A DNA stretch of 64,000 nucleotides from Eledone cirrhosa. Its lineage: Eukaryota. A program made the translations under genes and the position numbers. This document shows positions 12,846 through 25,536 of the stretch, in pieces. Location: the NCBI GenBank assembly GCA_964016885.1, contig OZ024754.1, positions 23,808,001-23,872,000 on the forward strand, written 5' to 3'. Position 1 is the first letter of the stretch. Each line of letters opens with the position of its first letter. The notes under the pieces were generated by a model that made no database searches, was not told the DNA's origin, and saw only the letters and a program-made list of their open reading frames with translations.

Positions 12846-13002
12846 GTGAACGGAAGGGTGCTAGCCGTTGCAGTTTTCGGTTTTCTGCGTAGGTTACGTG
12901 TTAGGCGTGCTCGGATACCCCATATGCGTCGTCGTCCTCGTCCGCGCCCCACCCGCACGTTACAGCCCGTACCCGCTGCCATCGACGAATTATTGCCTTT
13001 AA

Positions 13003-13515
13003 AGACCGCCGCCGCCGCCCGACTGGACCCACGAGAGAAGACGTTCGTTACCGCTGGAGCACCGCAAATTACTCCTCGGTTGACGCCAACAACGAACGCA
13101 TTCCCGCCCGGGCGACGTAAAATCTGTAGCCTTTTCGCCGAATGCCTCGCGCCGCCTTCTGCTCGGCTCTTTTTTTTTCCTTTGGTTTTCGTTCGCTCGA
13201 CGACTAGCCGCCTTTCGTGTTCCGCCTTTCGATTGCGCTTCCGTCGCGGCAAAAGAATTGCCTTTCCAGACCGCTGCCGACCCACCGGACCACGAGAGAA
13301 GACGTTCGTTACCGCTGAAGCACCGCAAATTACTCCTCGGTTGACGCCAAAAACAAGCGCCTTCCCACCCGGGCGGCGTAAAAGTCTGAAACCTTTTCGC
13401 CGAACGCCTCGCGCCGTCACCTCCTCCTCGCCTCTTTTTTTCTTTTCTTTAATTTTCGTTCGCTCGCCGACCCTCGGCCTCGACGACTAGCCGCCTTTCG
13501 TGTTCCGCCTTTCGA
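13003..13515 (+). repeat. Two-copy tandem repeat (~260-285 bp) inside the ETS-like segment
   Basis: cacgagagaagacgttcgttaccgctg..gcaccgcaaattactcctcggttgacgccaa at ~13030 and ~13291; cgacgactagccgcctttcgtgttccgcctttcga at 13198 and 13482. Confidence 0.9.
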
Positions 13516-13978
13516 ACGCCCTTCTGTCACAGCAGGAGATACGCGTCCGTCGTAATCGCCGTCGTTTTAACGCAGGAGCGCCGCCTAAATGCCCTGCTCC
13601 GCGCTTGACGACGATGTACGACGGCGACGACGTGCGCACTCTTCCTGCTGCGACGAAGGTTTCGGCTTTTCGTCGTGGACCCGGTCAGGCCATGCCGCTG
13701 ACCTCGCGTTGCGTCGCCACCGCCGCGGCGGGCTTGGGTTTAGCTGTAGCTACCCTCGTTTTGCCAACGGCGACGCGATATCGATGAAAGAGAGCGGCGT
13801 CGTCCCTCCCGAAGGGACACTGGCATCAAGTGTGCTTGCGCCGCCGTCGTCGTCGGTCGACGTCCAAGCTTTCCCCGGCATACCTACCCGTTAGGTTACG
13901 CGACGCCGCGCTTTTCGCTCTTGCGTTCGTCGTCGTCGTCGTCCGTTCGATTTGTCGAAAGAGATCGAGACGAAAAGG

Positions 13979-14082
13979 ATCGCTTGTATACGACTCGACT
14001 TGCCGCTCGGAGTGACGTGCTTAGTAGAGCAGCTACCACACTGCTATCTATTGAGTCTCTTCTCACGAACGATATGATCCGC
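13979..14082 (+). rRNA. 28S rRNA: 28S (LSU) rRNA 3'-terminal fragment (pseudogene)
   Basis: atcgcttgtatacgac...tcggagtgacgtgcttAGTAGAGCAGCTaccacaCTGCTATCTATTGAgtc aligns by eye with the conserved eukaryotic LSU 3' end (..gtagacgac..tcggggt..gtAGCAGAGCAGCT....CTGCGATCTATTGAaagtc). Boundaries are approximate. Confidence 0.8.
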
Positions 14083-14336
14083 CCCTCGAGGCGGCAGAAA
14101 AGGAAAAGAAAAGTCGAAAGATGGCGGCTGAAGTAATTGGAACGACCGAACGACCGACCGAACGAACGAACGAGAGATAGCAGCTACCGGGTTGGAACAC
14201 TGACACGGCTTTCTTTCGACGGGTTAGCGTAGCAACGACGACACACACGTACATACAACATACAACAAACAAGTCTGGTCCGTGCGGGCGTTAGACGCCG
14301 CCGCCGCCGATCGATCGGTTCGTTGTTTTACGAGTT

Positions 14337-14745
14337 CCGCCGCCGATCCGTTGTCCGTCTTCCATGTTAGTTTTACGTGCAGCTGTGCGTGTGACACTCT
14401 GTCGTCCGTCTTCCAAGTTAGTTTTACGTGTAGACGGCGTGTGTGTGTGTCTGTGTGTGTGTTACACGGCGCCGATCCGTCGTCCGTCTTCAAAGTTAGT
14501 TTTACCTGTAGACGGAGTGTGTGTGTGTCTGTGTGTGTTACACGCCGCCGATCCGTCGTCCGTCTTCCAAGTTAGTTATACGTGTAGACCGAGTGTGTGT
14601 GTGTCTGTGTGTGTTACACGCCGCCGATCCGTCGTCCGACTTCCTAGTTAGTTTTACGTGTAGACGGCGTGTGTGTGTGTCTGCGTGTGTTACACGCCGC
14701 CGATCCGTCGTCCGTCTTCCAAGTTAGCATTACGTGTAGACGGCG
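14337..14745 (+). repeat. IGS short subrepeats (76-bp period here, 66-bp period in the islands)
   Basis: acacgccgccgatccgtcgtccgtcttccaagttagttttacgtgtagacgg(tg)n at 14464, 14540, 14616 and 14692. Confidence 0.92.
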
Positions 14746-16321
14746 GGAAGGAATCCAACCCGCCGGCCAGGTGGTTCCGCCGCGGACCCGTACGTTTGCG
14801 AGTCGCTGCCGGGAAATGCAGACGGCATGGCGGCGTGTATACGCGAAACGACGCCTTCCGCCTTCCGCCTTCCACTCGGTAAATGTTCCTTTATTCGTTC
14901 ACGCCGCCCCGCTTCGAGCGCGAGAAAGAATACAATCCGCCGGCGAGGCGGTTCCGCCGCCGTCACGTAAGGTTGCGAGTAGGCGCCGGGGAAACCGACC
15001 GCTCACGGTTATATCTACTCGGACGGGGGATCCTGTCTATTATATAGGGTAAGCTTGATCGGACGAGCTCGAAGAAAACGGTTACGGGTACTATCCGTTG
15101 CGGCTTGTGAATATTCCGATTTTAAGACGGGTACGTGCCGGTTTACCCTATGCGATGTCGGCTGTCTCCGATATGGCGACCTGTACTCGTCCGCGCCGCC
15201 TGCACGTTAACGCCCGCCCTCCGCATCCCCCCCTTCTTACGCCTCTGATGCGTGTTCCGCCGTTGATGCGTGCCGAGTCGGCCGCCGCCGACCCATGTGG
15301 CTGCAGGGGAATCCAGCCGACGACGCCCTCCGAACGGCGGCGTGGTGTAGCTTCGTCGACGCGACGACAATACGCCGCCATCTAGCCTCCTTTGGGGAGG
15401 CCCCGTGTAGACGGTGGAAAGGAATCCAACCCGCCGCCTAGGCGGTTCTGCCGCCGACCCGTAAGATTGCGAGTCACTGCCAGGAAAGGCAGGCGGCAAG
15501 GCGGCGTGTATACGCGACAGGACGATTTCCGCCTTCCGCCTTCCGCCTTCCACCCGGTAAACATTCCTTTATTCGTCCACGCCTCCCCGCTTCGATCGCG
15601 AGAAAGAACGCAACCCGCCGGCGAGGCTGTTCCGCCGCCGACCCGTAAATTTCGAGTAGGCTCCGGGGAAACCGACCGCTCACGGTTGTATCTACTCGGC
15701 CAGGGGGTCTGTCTATTATATAGGGTCAGCTGGATCGGACGAGCTCGAAGAAAACGGTTACGGGTGCTATCCGTTGCGGCTTGTGAATATTCCGTTTTAA
15801 AGACGGGTACGTGCCGGCTTACCCTATGCGATGTCGGCTGTCTCCGTCTCGAACGATATGCCGACCTGTACTCGTCCGCGCCGCCTGCACGTTAATGCCC
15901 GTCCTCCGCCTTCGCCCCGTGTTCCGCCTCCGATGCGTGTTCCGCTGTTGATGCGTGCCGAGTCGGCCGCCGCCGACCCGTGTAACTGCAGGGAAATCCA
16001 GCCGCCGACGACGCCCGAACGGCGGCGTGGTGTAGCTTCGTCGACGCGACGACATCACACCGACATTTAGTCTCCTTCAGGGAGACCCCGTGTAGACGGC
16101 GGAAAGGAATCCAATCCGCCGCCTAGGCGGTTCCGCCGCAGGACCCGTACGTTTACGAGTCGCTGCCGGCAAAGGCAGACGGCAAGGCGGCGTGTATACG
16201 GGACACGACGCCTTCCGCCTTCCGCCTTCCACACGGTAAACGTTCCCTTATTCGACCACGCCTCCCCGCTTCGATCGCGAGAAAGAACGCAACCCACCGG
16301 CGAGGCGGTTCCGCCGCCGAC
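14740..16321 (+). repeat. IGS long subrepeats (~676 bp), each with a putative Pol I spacer promoter
   Basis: gtctatTATATAGGGt.agct.gatcggacgagctcgaagaaaacgg with TATATAGGG at 15041 and 15717; the downstream part also occurs at 12341. Confidence 0.85.
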
Positions 16322-19300
16322 CCTAACCCAAACCCTAACCCTGATCCTAACCATAACCCAAACCCTAACCCTAACTCTAAACCTAGCCCAAACCCAAACC
16401 CATGCCCTACCACTAACCCTAACCTTAACCCTAATGCTAACCCTTACACTAACCCTAAACCTAACCCTAACATTAACACTAACCCTAACCCAAACACAAA
16501 CCCAAAGCCTAACACTACCCAAAACCGAAACGCTAACCCTAACCCTAACCCTAATGCAAAAACTAACCCTAAGCCTAACTCAAATCTCAACACCAACCCT
16601 AACCCTACCCCTAACCCAACCCAAATCCTAACTCCAAACCTAACACTAACCGTAACCCTAAATTTAACCCCAACCCTAAACACTACGCTAACCCAAAACC
16701 CAACCCCAACCCCAACCCCAGACCTAATCCTAACCCTAAGCATAACACTAACACTAACACTAACCCTAACACTAACCGTAACCTTAACCCAAACCGTAAC
16801 CCTAACCCTAACTCTAACCCTAATCCAAACCCTAACCCTAACCCTAACCCTAACCCTAACCCTAACCCAAATCCAAACCCAAGCCCTAACACTAACCCTA
16901 ACCGAAACCCTAACACTAACCCTAACCCTAACCCTAACGCTAAGCCTAACCCTAATACTAACACAAACCTCAACTCCAACCCTAACCCTAACAATAACCC
17001 TAACCCAAACTCTAACCGAAACCCAAACCCTAACACTAACCCAAACCGAAATCCTAACCCTAACCGTAACGCAAACCCTAACCATAACCCTAACCTCAAC
17101 CTCACCACCAACCCTAACCCCAAATCTAACCACAACCCTAACCCAAACACTAACCCAAACCCTAACCCCAACCCTATCATTAACCCTAACCAAAACCCTA
17201 ACCTTAATCCTAATCTAACCCTAACACTAACCCTAATCCAAACCCTAACCCTAACACTAACCCTAACCCTAACCCTAACCCTAACCCAACACATAAGCCT
17301 AACCCTAACACAAACTCTAACCCTAACCCTAACCCCAAACCTAACCCCAAACCTAACACTAACCGTAACCCTAACCCTAACTCTAACCCCAACCCTAAAC
17401 CCTTCGCTAACCACAACCCCAACCCCAAACCGAAACCTAACCCTAAACGTAAGGCTAACCCTAACCATAACGCTAGCACTAACCTTAACTCTAACCCTAA
17501 CCCTAACCCAAACCATAACCCTAATCCTGACCTTAACCTTAACCCTAACCCAAACCCTAACCCTAACCCTAACTCTAACCCTAACCCTAATACTAAGGCT
17601 AACCCAAACCCAAACCCAAAACTTAACACTAACCCAAACCGAAACACTAATCCTAACCCTAACACTAACGCTAACCCTAACCATAACCCTAACCCAAACG
17701 TCAACACCAACCCTAACCCTAAGCCAAACCCTAACCCTAACACTAACCCTAACGCTAACCTAAATCATAACCCTAACACAAAACCTAAACCTAACCCTAA
17801 CACTAATCCTAATCCTAACCCTAACCCTAACATAAACACTAACCCTAAACATAACGCTAACCCTAACCCAAACACAAACCCAAAAATTAACACAAACCCT
17901 AATCCTAACCCTAACACTAACCCTATCCCTAACCCTAACCCCAAACCTAAACCTAAAACTAGCACTAACCCCAACACCAAACCCAACCCCACCTAACCCT
18001 AACCCTAACCCGAACCCTAACCCAAAACCTAACCCTAATCCTAACCCTAATCCTAACCCTAATCCTAACCCTAACCCTAACCGTAAACCTACCCTAACAC
18101 AAACACTGACACTAACCCTAACCCTAACCCTAACCCAAACCCAAAACCTAACCCTAACACTAACTCTAACCCTAACCCAAACTCTAACCCTATCCCTATG
18201 CCTAACCCCAACCCTAACTCCAAACCTAACACTAACCGTAACTCTAACCCTAACTCTAGCCCCAACCCTAAACCCTACGCTAACCCCAAACCCAACACCA
18301 ACCCCCATCCCAAACCTAATCCTAACCCTAAACCTAACACTAACCATAACACTAACACGAATCCTAACCCTAACCCTAACCCAACCCAAACCCTAACTTC
18401 AAACCTAACACTAACCATAACCCTAAACCTAACTCTAACACCAAAACTAAACCCTACGCTAACCCCAAACCCAACCCCAACCCCAACCCCAACCCAAAAC
18501 CTAACCCTAACCCTAACCCTAACACAAACACTAACCCTAACCCTAACTCTAACCCTAACCCAAAACCTAACCCTAAACTAACCCTAACCCTAACCCAAAC
18601 CCAAACCCAAACACTAACACTAACCCAAACCGAAACCCTAACTATAACCCTAACCCTAACCCTAACGCTAACCCTAACCCTAACACTAACATAAAACTCA
18701 ACATCAACCCTAACCCTAACACTAACCCTAACCCTAACCCAAACCTCAACACCAACCCTAACCCCAAAACTAACTCCAACCCTAACCCCAACACTAACCC
18801 TAACCCTAACCCCAACCCTAAGCCTAACCCTAACCAAAACCCTAACCATAACCCTGACCCTAATCCAAACCCTAACCTTAACACTAACCCTAACCCTAAC
18901 ACTAACCTGAACCCAACACATGAACCTAACCCTAACACTAACCCTAACGCAAATCCTAACCCTAACCCTAACCCTAACCCTACATCTAACCCCAACTCTA
19001 ACCCCAAACCTAACATTAACCGTAACCCTAACCCTAACTCTAACCCCAACCCTAAACTCTTCGTAACCACAACCCCAACCCCAACACGAAACCTAAACGT
19101 AAACGTAATCCTAATCCTAACCATAACACTAACAGTAACCTTAACTCTAACCCTAACCCTAACCCAAACCTTAACCCTAATTCTAACCCTAACCCTAAAG
19201 CTAACCCAAACCCAAACCAAATACCTAACACTAACCCAAACCGAAACAGTAACCCTAACACTAACGCTAACACTAACCAGAACCGTAACCCAAACCTCAA

Positions 19301-22300
19301 CCCTAACACTAACCCTAACCCTAACCCTAACCCTAACCCAAACTCTAACCCTAACACTAACCCTAACCCAAACCCTAACCCAAACCCTAAACCTAACCCT
19401 AACACTAACCCTAACCCTAACCCAAACCCTAACCCAAACCCTAAACCTAACCCTAACACTAAACATAATCCTAACCCTAACCCTAACATAAACACTAACC
19501 CTAAACATAACCCTAACCCTAACCCAAACACAAACCCAAACCCTTACACAAACCCTAACCCTAACCCTAACACTAACCCTATCCCTAACCCTAACCCTAT
19601 CCCTAACCCTGACCCAATACCTAACCCTAACCCTAACCCTAAACCCAAACCTCAACACCAACCCTAACCTTAACCCTAACCCAATCCAAACCCTAACCCT
19701 AACCTTAACGCTAACCCAAATTCTAACCAAATCTAACTCTAACCCTAACCCTAATCCTAAACCTAACCCCAAACCTAACCCCGACCCTAAACCCAAACCT
19801 AACCCTAACCCTAACACTAACCCCAGCACCAACCCAAACTCCACCTAACCCTAACCCTAACCCTAACGCGAACCCTAACCCAAACCCTAACCCTAACCCT
19901 AACCCTAACAATAGCCCAAACCCAAAACCTAACCCTAAGCCTAACTCTGACCATAAACCAAACTCTAACCCTATCCCTTAACATAACCCCAACACTAACT
20001 CCAAACCTAACACTAACCGCAACCCTAACCCTAACTCTAACCCCAACACTAAACCCTACGCTAACCCCAAACCCAACCCCAACCCCAAACCTAATCCTAA
20101 CCCTAAACCTAACACTATCCATAACACTAACACTAACACTAAACCTAACTCTAACCCTAACCCTAACCCTAACCCTAACACTACACCTAACCATTACCCT
20201 AACACAAACCCAAACCCAAACCCTAACTCTAGCCCAAACCGAAACCCTAACCCTAACCCTAACCCTGATGAAAAAATTAACCCTAACCCTAACCCAAACC
20301 TCAACACCAACCCTAACCCTAACCGTAACCCAATCCAAACCCTAACTCCAAACCTAACACTAACCATAACACTAACACTAAACCCTACGCTAACCCCATA
20401 CCCACGTCAACCCCACCCCCAAACCTAATGCTAACCCTAAACCTAACACTAACCATAAAACTAACACTAACACTAACCCAAACTCTAAACGTATCTCTAA
20501 CCCAAACCTTAACCCTAACTCTAACCCTAACCCAAACCCTAACCCTAACCCTAACCCTAATGCAAACACTAACCCTAACCCAGACCTCAACGCCAACCCT
20601 AACCCCAACCCTAACGCATATCCTAACCCTAACCCTAACCCAAACCTCAATACCAACCCTAACCCCAAACCGAATCCCAACCCTAACCCCAAAATCTAAC
20701 CCTAGCCCAAACCCTATCCCTAATCCTAGCCGTAAACCTAACCCTAACCTAATCTCTAACCCAAACACTAACCCAAACCCTAACCCTAACCCAAATCCTA
20801 ACCCTAACGCAAACACTAACCCAAACCCCGAACCTAACACTAACCGTAACCCGAACCCTAACTCCAGCCCCTACACTAACCCCTACGCTAAGCCCAAACC
20901 CAACCCCAACCCCAACCTCAAACCTAACCCTAACCCTAACCCTAACAGTAACACTCACCCTAACTCTCACCCTAACTCTAACCCTAACCCTAACCCAAAC
21001 TCTAACCATAACCATAACCCAAAACCTAACTTAACCCCAAACCTAACCCTAACCATAACCCTAACACCAAACCTAAACCTAACCCTAACCCCAACACTAA
21101 CCCCAACCCTAATCCCAACTTAACCACAAACCTAACGCCAACCCTAACACCAGCCCTTAGCCTAATCCTAACCAAAATCCTAACCCTAATCCTAACCCTA
21201 ACCCTAACCCTAACCCTAATCCAAACCCTAACCCTAACACTAACTCTAACACTAACCCTAACCCTAACCCTAACCCTAAACCTCACCCAAAACATAACCC
21301 TAACCCTAACACTAACTTTAACCCAAACCCTAACCCTAACACTAACACTAACCCTAACCCTAACCCCAACCCTAACCCCAAACCTAAAACTAACCGTAAC
21401 CCTAACACTAACACTAACCCCAACCCTAAACCCTTCGTTAACCACAACCCCAAACCCAACCCGAAACCTGACCCTAAACGTAATCCTAACCCTAACCATA
21501 ACACTAACACTAACCTTAACTCTAAACCTAACCCTAACCCAAAGCCTAACCCTTATCCTAACCCTAACCCTAACTCTAACCCAAACCCTAACCCTAACCC
21601 TAAAGCTAACCCAAACCGAAACCCAAAACCTAACACTAACCCAAACCGAAACACTAACCCTAACCCTAATACTAACGCTAACCCTAACCATAACCCTAAC
21701 CCAAACCTCAACACCAACCCTAACCCTAACCCTAACCCTAAACCCAAACTCTAACCCTAACCCTAACCCTAACCCAAACCCTAACCCTAACACTGACCCT
21801 AACGCTAACCCAAACCCTAACCCAAACCCTAATTTAACCCTAACACTAAACCTAATCCTAACCTTAACCCTAACATAAACACTAACCCTAAACATAACCA
21901 TAACCCTAACCCAAACACAAACTCAAACCTTAACACAAACCCTAACCTTAACCCTAACCCTAACGCAAACCCTAACCCTAACCCTAACCCAAACGTCAAC
22001 ACCAACCCTAACCCCAAACCTAACCCCAACCCTAAACCCAAAATCTAATCCTAACCCAAACCTAACCCTAACACAAACCCGAACTCTAACCCTAAACCTA
22101 ACCCTATCCATAATCCTAGCCGTAAACCTAACCCTAACCCAATCCCTAACCCAAACACTAACCTTAACCCTAACTCTAACCCTAACCCTAACCCTAACCC
22201 TAACCCTAACCCTAACCCCAACCCAAAACCTAACCCTAACACTAAAACTAACCCTAACCCTAACCCTAACACTAACACTCACCCTAACTCTAACCCTAAC

Positions 22301-24691
22301 CCTAACCCAAACTCTAACCCTAATCCTAACCCTAACCCTAACTCTAACCCAAACCCTAACCCTAACGCTAACCCTAACCCTAACCCTAAAGCTAACCCAA
22401 ACCGAAACCCAAAACCTAACACTAACCCAAACCGAAACACTAACCCTAACCCTAATACTAACGCTAACCCTAACCATAACCCTAACCCAAACCTCAACAC
22501 CAACCCTAACCCTAACCCTAACCCTAAACCCAAACTCTAACCCTAACCCTAACCCTAACCCAAACCCTAACCCTAACACTGACCCTAACGGTAACCCAAA
22601 CCGTAACCCAAACCCTAAATTTAACCCTAACACTAAACCTAATCCTAACCTTAACCCTAACATAAACACTAACCCTAAACATAACCATAACCCTAACCCA
22701 AACACAAACTCAAACCCTAACACAAACCCTAACCTTAACCCTAACCCTAACGCAAACCCTAACCCTAACCCTAACCCAAACGTCAACACCAACCCTAACC
22801 CCAAACCTAACCCCAACCCTAACCCCAAAATCTAATCCTAACCCAAACCTAACCCTAACACAAACCCGAACTCTAACCCTAACCCTAACCCTATCCATAA
22901 TCCTAGCCGTAAACCTAACCCTAACCCAATCCCTAACCCAAACACTAACCTTAACCCTAACCCTAACCCAAATCCTAACCCTAACGCAAATACTAACCCA
23001 AACCCCAAACCGAACCCTAACTCCAGCCCCTACTCTAACCTCTACGCTAACCCCAACCACAACCCCAACCCCAACCCCAACCCCAAACCTAACCCTAACA
23101 CTAAAACTGACCCTAACCCTAACCCTAACACTAACACTCACCCTAACTCTAACCCTAACACTAACCCAAACTCTAACCATAACCATAACCCAAACCCTAA
23201 CCTAACCCCAAACCTAACCCTAACCATAACCCTAACCACAACCCTAAACCTAACCCTAACCCCAACCTAACCCTAACCCTAATCCCAACTCTAATCCCAA
23301 CACTAACCCCAACCCTAACCCAAACTTAACCCCAACCCTAACCCCAACCCTAACCCCAACCCTTACCCTAACCCTAACCAAAACCCTAACCCTAATCCTA
23401 ACCCTAAGCCTAACCTTAACCCTAATCCAAACCCTAACCCTAACACTAACCCTAACCCTGACCCTAATCCTAACCCTAGCCCTAACCCTAACCCAAAACA
23501 TAACCCTAACCCTAACACTAACTCTAACCCAAAACCTAACCCTAACCCTAACCCTAAGCCTAACCCTAACCCCAACCCTAACCCAAAATCTAACACTAAC
23601 GTAACCCTAACACTAACACTAACCCCAACCCTAAACCCTTCGGTAAACACAACCCCAGCCCCAACCCGAAACCTAACCCTAAACGTAATCCTAACCCTAA
23701 CCATAACACTAACACTAACCTTAACTCTAACCCTAACCCTAACCCAAACCCTAACCCTAATCCTAGCCCTAACCTAACCCTAACCCAAACCCTAACCCTA
23801 ACCCTAACCCTAAAGTTAACCCAAACCCAAACCCAAAACCTAACACTAACCCAGGCTGAAACACTAACCCTAACCCTAATACTAACGCTAACCCTAAACA
23901 TAACCCTAACCCAAACTTCAACACCAACCCTAACCCTAAACCCAACCCTAACCCAAACTCTAACCCTAACCATAACCCAAACTCTAACCCTAACCCTAAC
24001 CCTAACCCTGACCCAAACCCTAACCCTAGCACTAACCCTAACGCTAACCCAAACCCTAACCCAAACCCTAAATCTAACCCTAACACTAAACCTAATCCTA
24101 ACCCTAACCCTAACATAAACACTAACCCTAAACATAACCCTGACCCTAACCCAAAATCAACCTCAAACCCTAACACAAACCATAACCCTAACCCTAACCC
24201 TAACCCTAACCCTAACCCAAATCCAAACCCAAACCCTAACACTAGCCCAAACCGAAACACTAACCCTAACCCTAACCCTAAGGCAAACAGTAACCCTAAC
24301 CCTAATCCTAACCCTAACCCTAACCGTAAACCTAACCCTAACCCAAATCCTAACCCTAACCCTAAGCCTAACGCAAACCCAAAACCTAACCCTAAACCTA
24401 ACTCTAACCCTACCCCATCTCTAAACCTATCCTTAACCCTAACCCCAACCCTAACTCCAAACCTAACACTAACCATAACTCTAACTCTAACCCTAACCGT
24501 AAACCTAACCCTAAACCAAACCCTAACCCTAACCCTAACCCTAACCCTAACCCAAATCCTCACCCTAACCCTAACCCTAATCCAAACCCCAAACCTAACA
24601 CTAACCGTAATCCTAACCCTAATTCTAACCCCAAACCTAACCCCCACGCTAACCCCAACCCCAACCCCAACCCCAAACTTAACTCTAACCC
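16322..24691 (-). repeat. Degenerate telomeric (TTAGGG)n array 1 (CCCTAA on +)
   Basis: CCCTAA with single-base variants (CACTAA, CCCAAA, ACCTAA, CTCTAA, CCGTAA, CCATAA); internal ~786-bp tandem duplication near 21.5-23 kb. Confidence 0.97.
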
Positions 24692-25536
24692 TTTTACGAA
24701 TTCCGACGCCACCGCTGCTACTGCAACCCACCAACCATTCCGCGCGCCAACTTTTACGACGAGTCCAGTCGCTCGATCGCTCGGCCAGTTTGCGAGGTTC
24801 CACCAACGACCCTCAAAGTCGCTTTCGATGAGCATCGAATGCGAGAGTTCGCGGTAAATGCAAAAGAGCCTTGGGATCCGTCTCCTTGTTCGAGAGGCGC
24901 GTGTGTCTTTCACGCCGCCGATCCATCGTCCGTCTTCTGAGTTAGTTTACGTGCGGCTGTGCGTGTGACACTCCGTCGTGTATCTTCCAAGTTAGTTTTG
25001 CGTGTCTCTATGTGTTGCACGCCGCCGCCGATCCGACGTCTGTCTTCCAAGTTAGTTTTACGTGCGGCTGTGCGTGTAACACTCTGTCATCCGTCTTCCT
25101 AGTTTTACGTGTAGACGACGTGTGTGTGTCTATGTGTGTTACACGCCGACAATCCGTCGTCCGTCTTCCAAGTTAGTTTTACATGTAGACGGCGTGTGTG
25201 TGTTACACGCCGCCGATCCGTCGTCCGTCTTCCAAGTTAGTTTTACGTGTAGACGGAGTCTGTGTGTGTTACACGCCGCCAATCCGTCGTCTGTCTTCCA
25301 AGTTAGTTTTACGTGTAGACGGCGGAAAAGAATCCAACCCGCCGCCTAAGCGGTTCCGCCGCAGACCCGTACGTTTACGAGTCGCTGCCGGGAAAGGCAG
25401 ACGGCAAGGCGGCGTGTATACGCGACAAGACGCCTTCCGCCTTCCATCCGGTAAACGTTCCCTTATTCGTCCACGCCTCCACGCATCGATCGCGAGAAAG
25501 AACGCAACCCGCCGGCGAGGTGATTCCGCCGCCGAC
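24692..25536 (+). repeat. IGS island 1: head, short subrepeats and partial long repeat; no promoter motif
   Basis: Starts ttttacgaattccg, ends ccgccgccgac; homologous to 14326-14960. Confidence 0.9.

Larger units (their letters stand above)
12341..16321 (+). other. rDNA-derived block: spacer repeat, promoter, ETS-like segment, 28S 3' end, 3' ETS and IGS subrepeats; 18S, 5.8S and most of 28S absent
   Basis: Abrupt switch to CpG-rich sequence at 12341; recognisable 28S terminus; TATATAGGG motifs; tandem subrepeats ordered as in an intergenic spacer. Confidence 0.75.

Noticed and set aside
13780-13800. tcgatgaaagagagcggc resembling the 5.8S motif TCGATGAAGAACGCAGC
   Set aside because: Flanking 5.8S sequence is absent on both sides; probably chance.
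14185-14205. taccgggttgg resembling the 18S 5' end
   Set aside because: Too short, no continuation, and it lies downstream of the 28S end.
14337-14745. CRISPR-like repeat-spacer array
   Set aside because: The intervening sequences are near-identical TG tracts rather than unique spacers; eukaryotic context with no cas genes.
12319-16070. Arg/Pro/Ala-rich ORFs in the GC-rich block
   Set aside because: Overlapping ORFs in all frames of GC-rich repeats, frameshifted between copies, with no domain motifs.
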